A stretch of DNA of 64,000 nt, from IMG/VR virus record IMGVR_UViG_2563366732_000001, positions 3,242 through 67,241 of that record, one strand, 5' to 3'. The position numbers were made by a program, and so were the translations under genes. Positions 57,401-64,000 of this stretch are shown piece by piece (position 1 is the stretch's first letter; the number at the start of each line of letters is the position of its first letter). The notes under the pieces were generated by a model that saw only the letters and a list, made by a program, of their open reading frames with translations, searched no databases and was not told the DNA's origin. The DNA comes from a virus. Taxonomy: Duplodnaviria > Caudoviricetes.

Positions 57401-59241
57401 CATTTACTGACCTTAATACTCAGAGTATTGTTATCACACCAAACTGGACTAAAATAAGTGTAGCCATCAATGTAACTAATTTACCCTATAGTACCAACTT
57501 TTTTGAAATTACTGTAACTACCCCAAGTGTAACAGCTTTATTTGATAAGATAATGATAGAAAGTGGTAATAAAGCTTCAGATTGGGTTCCAGCAATAGTT
57601 GATAGTAATGCTCAAATATTTAATATATCCTTTAATAATTTGGTAAACTGTGCTGTTAATTATAATGTTATGACAAAATTAAATAATACTACTGGCTGGG
57701 ATGCAGGTGGAGGTTCTCCTGAGACTATATCAAATGGCCTCTATGTAGAGGAAACAGTTACAGCTACAACTGGGATTCATATGACAGGATTAAGCTATAC
57801 AAATCCAGATGCTAGTTACGAACATATTCAGTATGCATTTTATGTTGCTGGAAATAGTCTTTTACATGTATATGAGAATAATGTAGACAAGGGCGGTATT
57901 GGAACTTGGGCTGTTGGTGATGTTCTTAGACTATCAAGGGAAAATGGTAATATACTTTATTATAAAAATGGTGTTTTGTTATATACAAGTACAACCCCCA
58001 CTACACAATACCCATTATATTTAGACACATCCATCTATGCTTATAATTCGACAATTACTGTGAAGAGTGGTTCAACTCTAAGTGGTGTTACATTTAATAG
58101 TAGTATACTATCATCAATCAATTTATCACCTGAAGCTGTAACTATTAATGCCAATAAAATAAACTTAAATGGCTATGCAACATTTAGTAGTCTTAGTACT
58201 CCAGGAACTACAACTATAAATGGTTCCAATATAACGACAGGAACAATAAATGCTAATTTAGTAACCGTTACAAACTTAAATGCCAGTAATATTACAACTG
58301 GTAATTTAACAGCAGATAGGATTAGTGGGGGCACACTAATACTTGGAGGTGCAACAAATGGAGTTGCAATAGTCAAAAATGCAGGTAATCACGAAGTTGT
58401 TAGGCTTGATACTGATGGATTAACAATCACATTACAAAATACATCAACAGGATTATTTGGTAATGCATTTAGAATACAAGCTTATACAGGCACTACTTTA
58501 CTAAACATAGATGGTGGTGGTCAACTTATATACGCTGGTGTCTTCTCAGTTGGTACTCCTGGAAATGTTCAAGGTGAAACCATTATAAATGATGGGCTAA
58601 TAACTGTATGCAATTCAGCAGGTACTCCAAAATTAAGTATGCAGAATGTATACCCACAAGTTGTAGGTGATGGAAGTATACTTCAGTTAAGCTTCAGAAA
58701 CTCAACTGCTGATGGAAATGGGGTTGTCCTAGAAGGTGGTGGATTTAGGTCTGCAGGAAATGCCACTATGAACCTTGGTAATGCTGGTTATAGGTGGGCA
58801 ACATTATATGCAGCTTCAGGGACTATAAATACTTCAGACAGAAATGAAAAGAATACTATTGAGTCATTGGATAGCTCAAAGGCTACAGAATTTATAATGG
58901 CAATTAACCCAGTATCCTATAAACTAAATTGTGGGGAAAGTAATAGAACCCATTATGGTATGATAGCACAAGATGTAGAGGATACCATGGTAGATTTGGG
59001 AATGACTTCATTAGACTTTGCTGGATTTATTAAATCTCCAAAGACTAAACCTGTTTTGGGAATTAATGAAGCTGGTCATGAACAGTATATAGATGTTGTT
59101 ATTCCCAATGAATATACTTATGGCTTAAGATATGAGGAATTTATTTCACCATTGATTAAATGTGTTCAACAATTAAATGATAAAATAACAAGCTTAGAAA
59201 ATGAAATGTCAGAATTAAAAAATGGGGCATCTACTGATTAG
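54433..59241 (+). CDS. Tail spike/fibre: Tal-like N-terminus, beta repeats, CBM-like modules, S74 chaperone
   Basis: WGGELVRDNF, KYSKNL, 10-aa TITANEI repeats; C-terminal SDRNEKNTI...HYGMIAQDVE...LRYEEFISPLIKCVQ. Confidence 0.92.
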   Translation: MIILYDKNKTSNFDRNDLVLQNVTKCEVTWEKNGQFQIDLIYAITPGDTIWESIVKGAIIKCPVAHQQDQLFRLNTPTKKMDENSQYMYIEVTGYHITYDLNYNFLEDVKIANMSGIDAGNYILANTQYLHPFSWVGDIASVNTAEYVRRNVVDALVGSNDQEYINLWGGELVRDNFNIGMYKQAGQNNGVVIKYSKNLTGFEQSADDSNLITRAMPTLGSTSTTTDSTDTSTDTVLPEKYVDSPLINNYANIYVKEVQVTLTDAQKLLPNDQIYQLMRDYVNAQYANHIDIPIYSYVVNFIELSKTEEYKKFAILEEVKPYDFITIKALDIDVIAELVGYTYDSLVKRYEEVTLGNVQNDIIRSNQKSLFQLSQQNQQSIKILQAQMGYVPNSMLSIANSATSGGNNLFDHALVLSNTVQEWVTSGASVVTDPTLHDTDSVWKLTPNGYVNKNDVIINPNNYIGKQMVFSLQAKYSDITLTDSGEYGVFQSNVLLGALDAVIKRCLVGVLGTTWNFNSAGTGLISEMVTVTPGTSITISNQKNYSYILHGYDNNQNFVVDFTVGSIPAGVSYMVAEILVSLSPQNIVGFNVAETNPYTSPNICRIYANQANSDWTVQEQDFNLATEHPSDIIQSINFRSLNGDSNATIYIAAFMINTGTVRSDFSQSSNDTVETLVAHQIVADYITAKSADIDNLHVTNETVDNISIGIANVIDLTTGTLKAGSVTADSIKAGTITVGSAIIANGAITNALIANAAVQTEQIADGSVTDLKVVDLSANSITAGTLSVDRLVIRGTNSSIVYALNNITGALQSQNVDTLNGETLTPRTLTADKLVADSITANEIASKTITANEILTNTITANEIKANTITSNEIKANTITVNELSNTVGSNLDISSNTNLTLAIKNVQVGGVNFLTKNSMQNIQQIGGNSVATYNGGIAMDGTQTAISIASGTNPQRMRFNYVLPSINGNYNISFWAKTTGSVNINGAVAFTDLNTQSIVITPNWTKISVAINVTNLPYSTNFFEITVTTPSVTALFDKIMIESGNKASDWVPAIVDSNAQIFNISFNNLVNCAVNYNVMTKLNNTTGWDAGGGSPETISNGLYVEETVTATTGIHMTGLSYTNPDASYEHIQYAFYVAGNSLLHVYENNVDKGGIGTWAVGDVLRLSRENGNILYYKNGVLLYTSTTPTTQYPLYLDTSIYAYNSTITVKSGSTLSGVTFNSSILSSINLSPEAVTINANKINLNGYATFSSLSTPGTTTINGSNITTGTINANLVTVTNLNASNITTGNLTADRISGGTLILGGATNGVAIVKNAGNHEVVRLDTDGLTITLQNTSTGLFGNAFRIQAYTGTTLLNIDGGGQLIYAGVFSVGTPGNVQGETIINDGLITVCNSAGTPKLSMQNVYPQVVGDGSILQLSFRNSTADGNGVVLEGGGFRSAGNATMNLGNAGYRWATLYAASGTINTSDRNEKNTIESLDSSKATEFIMAINPVSYKLNCGESNRTHYGMIAQDVEDTMVDLGMTSLDFAGFIKSPKTKPVLGINEAGHEQYIDVVIPNEYTYGLRYEEFISPLIKCVQQLNDKITSLENEMSELKNGASTD
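56930..57085 (+). repeat. About 30-bp coding repeats (TIT[A/S/V]NEI[K/A/L]xN)
   Basis: Five or more consecutive 10-aa units in the tail fibre. Confidence 0.75.
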
Positions 59242-59292
59242 TGGGTGCCTTTTTTAATATAAAAAAATAATAAAAAAAGAGGATGGTATGAA

Positions 59293-59568
59293 ATGATGAT
59301 TAATGAATCAACAAACATGAGTGGAAGTATAGTAGTAAAGAGTACTGTAGGAAATGGTGATGTAGACACAATTGTAGCTTATGTAACAGCTTCACTGGAT
59401 GGCAATGCACAGAGTCTTAATATCAATTTAAATGTTTCCAATAAAGTATTATTAAATTCAACTGGAGCTATGGATATTGCTGGAGAAACTCCTGCAGTAC
59501 AATATACAGAATTTGAAACAGCAGTAAAAGCAAGAGCAAAAGAATTAGGTTATGTAATATTTGTTTAA
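59293..59568 (+). CDS. Phage hypothetical protein
   Basis: RBS GAGGATGG. Confidence 0.7.
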   Translation: MMINESTNMSGSIVVKSTVGNGDVDTIVAYVTASLDGNAQSLNINLNVSNKVLLNSTGAMDIAGETPAVQYTEFETAVKARAKELGYVIFV

Positions 59569-59583
59569 TAAAACATATATTTT

Positions 59584-59994
59584 ATGAGAGGCTTTATATC
59601 CTATTTTATTTTTTGCAGAAAAAAGGTAGTAGATTTGGTCAGCAATTGGATTTACAAGTGTCTATCTTTGCTAATAGCTTTTTTATGTGACAATCCAAGA
59701 TATTTTAAATTAAAAGCTTATCAAAAAATCTTAATAGGTGGCTTAGTTATAACACTGGGGGAATTAATCTCTGGTGTTATTTTAAATTTATGGTTGCATC
59801 TTAATATATGGAGTTATGCAAGTGATAGATTTAACTTCTTAGGGCAAATAGAATTAAAAAACTGTATTCTTTGGACACTTATAATAACGCCACTAATTCT
59901 TTGGTTAGATAGCCACTTGACTTATTATTTATATAAAGAGGATAAGCCTATTAGTTTAATTGGATTTTATAAAGATTTATTTACTCTGAAATAA
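59584..59994 (+). CDS. Putative-ABC-permease-like phage membrane protein (N-terminus possibly damaged)
   Basis: LIGGLVITLGELISGVILNLWLHLNIWSY...NFLGQI. Confidence 0.65.
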   Translation: MRGFISYFIFCRKKVVDLVSNWIYKCLSLLIAFLCDNPRYFKLKAYQKILIGGLVITLGELISGVILNLWLHLNIWSYASDRFNFLGQIELKNCILWTLIITPLILWLDSHLTYYLYKEDKPISLIGFYKDLFTLK

Positions 59995-60146
59995 CGAATT
60001 AAATAATGAATTACAATTAAACATATACCTTATAAAGTAAGATATGACGATATTTAAGGAAATTTGTAGCATGAAAGTTATTGTAATAATATGTAGAATG
60101 GTGTTAACTTTTATATATAAGTAAATTAATTATTAGGGGGATTAAT

Positions 60147-61175
60147 ATGAGAAAGGTAAAAACTAATTGGAAGAAAATATTTGGAGTAATATGTTGCATA
60201 TTTTTAATAACAGGAATTTTGGCTAGTACAAGTAGTGCTAAATATGTAAATGCTGCAACAATCGGACAATCATTGCCTACTCCTGAAAGCGGGTGGCAGA
60301 GAATTGATGATAGTGACAGTAAAATAAATTATGTTGGAAATTGGAGTAAGGAATCTATATCTGGAAATTATAATTTGACTAGCCATTATTCATATTCATT
60401 GTCGGATTCGTATAATTTTAAATTCTATGGTACTAAATTTAGGCTAATTGCTGCCTATAATACGGTTCATTCAAATAATGTAAGAGTAACAGTTGATGGT
60501 GTAAACTATAATTATTCTGGATATTACACATCATTAATTAGGGGCGTATTGGTATATCAATTAACAGATCTTTCTTTAGGAGTACATACTGTCACAGTAT
60601 CAAATCAAGCAAACGGCGCTATAACATGTGATGCTATTGATATAGATGATACAGGATATTTTATAGAACCATCAGCAACACTAGCAACAGGAATATCATT
60701 AGATAAAACATCATTAGATATGAAAATAGGAGATACAAGCAATTTAACGGCAACAGTAACACCAGATAATGCAACCAATAAAACTGTAAAATGGACTTCG
60801 AGTGATACAAGTATAGCAACAGTAGATGCAAATGGTAAAGTTACAGCAGTAAAACAAGGTTCTGCTACCATTACAGCGACTACGCAAGATGGTAGTAATC
60901 AGTCAGCAACTTGTACAATTAATGTGAAAAATCCTGTTGATGGTAATGCATTATTGACGGTAACCATGACAGACGGACAACAAAGAACTTATGATATAAC
61001 TATGAGTCAAGTTAATGACTTTATAACATGGTATAACAACAGAGCAAATGGACAAGGTAATTTTACTTATTCATTTAATAAAACTCCAAGTTCAGCAGCA
61101 TACACAAAAAGAACAGAGTATTTAATATATGATAAGATATCAAATTATGATGTTGATGAATATAAGGCAAATTAA
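60147..61175 (+). CDS. Secreted Ig-like (Big_2) domain protein, paralog of 9649..10776
   Basis: Signal peptide, GWQRIDDS, Big_2 domain, near-identical C-terminus. Confidence 0.88.
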   Translation: MRKVKTNWKKIFGVICCIFLITGILASTSSAKYVNAATIGQSLPTPESGWQRIDDSDSKINYVGNWSKESISGNYNLTSHYSYSLSDSYNFKFYGTKFRLIAAYNTVHSNNVRVTVDGVNYNYSGYYTSLIRGVLVYQLTDLSLGVHTVTVSNQANGAITCDAIDIDDTGYFIEPSATLATGISLDKTSLDMKIGDTSNLTATVTPDNATNKTVKWTSSDTSIATVDANGKVTAVKQGSATITATTQDGSNQSATCTINVKNPVDGNALLTVTMTDGQQRTYDITMSQVNDFITWYNNRANGQGNFTYSFNKTPSSAAYTKRTEYLIYDKISNYDVDEYKAN

Positions 61176-61410
61176 ATAGCATTAGTACAAAAAATAGAGT
61201 CTGAAATACGGCTCTTTTTTTACATTTAAAATAGTTACAATAGAAAATTAATGTAACATAACAAAGGCAGAATAGAGGACTAGGAATAGTCTTTTTATTT
61301 TGCCTATTTTTAGTGGAAAAACTTAGGAAGAAAGTGTCTTAATTATATAGTAGAATAATAGTATAAAGAGTATCCAATTGGGTGCTCTTTTTTATTTGGA
61401 GGAGGTACGA

Positions 61411-61708
61411 AATGGATGCAACCATTGTAGGTATTATTTGTGGAATAGGGGGACTTGCTATAGGTTTTTTAGGATTTGTAAGAAATACGAAGCAAGATAC
61501 AAGACAAGACACTCAAGAACAGGTTAGTAATTCAACTAGAGTGGAAATCAAGCTAGACTATGCTATCACAGGTATCAATGAAATCAAAGCAGATACAAAG
61601 GATACTAAAAAAGATGTAATAGCAGTATCAGAAAGGCTATTAAAAGTTGAAGAAAGCGCTAAATCAGCTCACCACCGACTAGATAGAATAGAAGATATAA
61701 AGGAGTGA
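61411..61708 (+). CDS. Holin-like/XhlA-like membrane protein
   Basis: N-terminal TM helix, coiled coil, VEESAKSAHHRLD; RBS GGAGGAGG before MDAT. Confidence 0.75.
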
Positions 61709-61712
61709 ATTA

Positions 61713-62738
61713 ATGAAAACTAAAAACAGAATATTAACCATGTTAGTAGCATTTACATTTGTATTTGCTACTTTTTTATTTCCTTTAAATGTACAAGCAG
61801 TAACAACATATAAAGGGGTAGATGTTTACGAATATGACAATATAAGCAACTATCAGCAATTTAAAGACACTGGTACACAAGTGGTCATACAAAAGGCAAC
61901 AGAAGGTTTATACCACAATGATAGTTTATTATATTACAGATACAATCATCTGTTGCAATATGGCTTTAAAGTGGGATTTTACCACTATGCAGATAACACA
62001 AGTAATCCAACAGGAGAAGCACAACATTTTCTAAATGAAATTAGTGTTTTACATTCTGATACTGTTCTATGGCTAGATATCGAAAATGAGGGCGAGTGGA
62101 GCAAAGACCAAGCTATAAGCTATACCAATGCTTTCATAAATTATGTACAAGCAAAAGGCTATAAGGTTGGTTTGTATACAGGTCAAAGCTTTTACCACGA
62201 TTATCTTGAAGGCAATATATCTAGTGTACCTTTATGGCTTGCAAACTATAGTACAGCACCAACACTATTTCCCAATAGCTTATCATGGCAATATAGCGGA
62301 ACTGGAAGAATTGACGGAGTTATTGGAGATATAGATTTGGATTATTTCAATTCTAGTATTTTCACTGGAAAAGCACCATCTCAAGCACAGGCAACTAAAA
62401 TCAAAGATACTACTAGTACACAATTTTGGGGTGGCTATGACATAGATAAAGTAAGAAGTTTACAAAAATTATTGAATGGATTAGGAATAGCTAAATTGAA
62501 CGAAGATGGAAAACTAGGTACTCAAACATTAAGAGCTATGGCAAGGTTACCTGTTGCAAAATATTCAAATTATCATAATTCAGCTTACACTAATTGGCTT
62601 GAAATTCAGTTAGGGAAAACTCCAGATAATATATTTGGTAACGGCATGAGTAATACTGTTAAAACTTTTCAAAGATCAAAAGGAATTTCGGCAGATAGTA
62701 AGGTTGGAATTCAAACTTTAAAAGAACTATTAAAATAA
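61713..62738 (+). CDS. GH25 muramidase endolysin with a signal peptide and C-terminal PG-binding domain
   Basis: KGVDV, KATEG, GFYHY, WLDIE, LWLANY, WQYS..G...G...DIDLD. Confidence 0.93.
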   Translation: MKTKNRILTMLVAFTFVFATFLFPLNVQAVTTYKGVDVYEYDNISNYQQFKDTGTQVVIQKATEGLYHNDSLLYYRYNHLLQYGFKVGFYHYADNTSNPTGEAQHFLNEISVLHSDTVLWLDIENEGEWSKDQAISYTNAFINYVQAKGYKVGLYTGQSFYHDYLEGNISSVPLWLANYSTAPTLFPNSLSWQYSGTGRIDGVIGDIDLDYFNSSIFTGKAPSQAQATKIKDTTSTQFWGGYDIDKVRSLQKLLNGLGIAKLNEDGKLGTQTLRAMARLPVAKYSNYHNSAYTNWLEIQLGKTPDNIFGNGMSNTVKTFQRSKGISADSKVGIQTLKELLK

Positions 62739-62745
62739 AAAAATA

Positions 62746-63333
62746 TTGGAGGAATATAAAATGTCAAATTATAATTTATATGTAGCAGTTATCATAATTG
62801 TAGTAGTAATAGGGGGTATGGCTATTGTAGCACCTTATCTAAAAAAGAAAGGTATAAAAGCGGGTACTATACTAGAAAATGTAGAAGCAGATGTAATTAA
62901 GGCAGGCACAATAATAAAAGCAGCAGAATCTTTATCACCTAGTCCAGTATTAAACTATTTAGATATCATAGATAGTCTTGCAGAAAAAGCAGTAAAAGCG
63001 GCACAACAACTTTATATATCTTCACAATTACCATTAGATCAACGCAAGACTAAAGCTAGAGAAATTATACTTGATGGATTAAAAACTGCTAAAATAGCGG
63101 ATACAAGTGAATTAGATACATTAATAGATGCTGTTATAGAAAGTACTATTTTGGATACTAAGACACCTGAGGAGCAGAAAACACAAGAACAAAATACGTT
63201 AACTCAGCAAAATACAGCGCTACAAGCTACTGTTACTCAATTAAACACAGACAAGGCACAATTAGAACAGCAAATTGTGGACTTAACTGCTAAGATTAAT
63301 ACAGTACAAGCTACAGTAATTACACAAGTATAG
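62746..63333 (+). CDS. Holin (LL-H-like) with a coiled-coil tail
   Basis: N-terminal TM; AVKAAQQLY...RKTKA...LIDAVIES; follows the lysin. Confidence 0.75.
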   Translation: MEEYKMSNYNLYVAVIIIVVVIGGMAIVAPYLKKKGIKAGTILENVEADVIKAGTIIKAAESLSPSPVLNYLDIIDSLAEKAVKAAQQLYISSQLPLDQRKTKAREIILDGLKTAKIADTSELDTLIDAVIESTILDTKTPEEQKTQEQNTLTQQNTALQATVTQLNTDKAQLEQQIVDLTAKINTVQATVITQV

Positions 63334-63372
63334 TAAAGAGCCTAGCGGGGTTAAAATCTCACTAGGCTCTTT
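63334..63372. terminator. Bidirectional terminator
   Basis: TAAAGAGCCTAG...CTAGGCTCTTTA 12-bp stem. Confidence 0.8.
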
Positions 63373-63416
63373 ATATCAAGTTATAATATATTCAAATACA
63401 TATTGGGAGTGATTTT

Positions 63417-63533
63417 ATGGAGTTTTTTATTTATATAGCCCCTTGGGCAACAATGGGTTTTAGCATTATATACTTATCAATAGAAAATGATAAATTAAGA
63501 AGTAGAATTGAAATTCTTGAAAAAAGAAAATAA
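63417..63533 (+). CDS. Small membrane peptide (38 aa)
   Basis: RBS GGGAG; MEFFIYIAPWATMGFSIIYLSIENDKLRSRIEILEKRK*. Confidence 0.5.
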   Translation: MEFFIYIAPWATMGFSIIYLSIENDKLRSRIEILEKRK

Positions 63534-63535
63534 CA

Positions 63536-64000
63536 TTATTTTTTAAATTTTGTCCATCCTAAAATAGCAATTATAATCGTAACTACAATTGAGACTATTC
63601 CAATGGCTAGATTTTCATGAATTTTGAACCAACTGTCTTTAGCGGACACTTGTGTGGCATTTTCGGTTGTAACAGCAGTTTCTTCAATTGATTTTTCAAT
63701 TTCTATAACCCCTAGATTATTCAAATATTTTTTATATTTATAAGCTGTATCATCTACCCAAGATTTATTACTGGAGCTAAAACTGATTGTACTATAAGAT
63801 ATAATTGAACTTAATCCAATTGAATATACATCATCAATATCAATGCCACATAATACTATTAACGTTACTGATTCAATTGTATCGTTTGTATGTACTTCAT
63901 TTTTAAATTCCTCAATATTAGAAAAATTGTAATGTTCGTTACCTGACAAATATATATCAAGAATTAATTGAATATGACCAATATTAACAGCAGATATCAT
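63536..64000 (-). CDS. Hypothetical accessory protein with a C-terminal TM helix (5' end outside the window)
   Basis: Open frame running to the window edge; C-terminal AIGIVSIVVTIIIAILGW. Confidence 0.7.
   Translation of the reverse strand: MISAVNIGHIQLILDIYLSGNEHYNFSNIEEFKNEVHTNDTIESVTLIVLCGIDIDDVYSIGLSSIISYSTISFSSSNKSWVDDTAYKYKKYLNNLGVIEIEKSIEETAVTTENATQVSAKDSWFKIHENLAIGIVSIVVTIIIAILGWTKFKK

Larger units (their letters stand above)
22770..64000 (+). mobile_element. Prophage 2, HK97-like siphovirus, near complete (right att outside the window)
   Basis: Integrase, CI/Cro, replication, late regulator, HNH-terS-terL-portal-protease-capsid, tail and lysis genes in canonical order. Confidence 0.95.

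Noticed and set aside
54795-58376. Antisense ORFs within the tail fibre; possible DGR target
   Set aside because: Shadow frames. No reverse transcriptase or TR/VR repeat pair was seen.

Overview
A low-GC, Clostridium-like (inferred) genomic window made up almost entirely of two related, co-oriented prophages. Prophage 1 (1 to ~13.2 kb, left end outside the window) is defective. It keeps the early, recombination and replication genes, accessory genes, a DNA adenine methylase and terS, but recT has an internal deletion and the terL, head, tail and lysis modules are missing. The 13.2-21.8 kb stretch is a decayed accessory zone: an HxlR/flavodoxin pair, an S8 protease stub, an IS3 end, tRNA-Thr, tRNA-Cys and RNase P RNA 3' fragments, a WXG100/toxin/immunity cluster and a double-HTH gene. 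At 21.8-22.8 kb lies the middle piece of a GidA-like FAD oxidoreductase gene that lacks both ends. Prophage 2 (22.8 kb to beyond 64 kb) is a nearly complete HK97-type siphovirus with a large serine integrase, an HUH-type Rep, and head, tail and lysis modules. Most striking observations: (1) both methylase genes have a conserved leader hairpin that sequesters the RBS and displays 21 nt and 16 nt perfectly complementary to the 16S rRNA decoding region; (2) the host gene appears to be interrupted twice; (3) both prophages have a swappable single-gene slot bounded by conserved inverted repeats. All family assignments come from motif recognition by eye, not from database searches.
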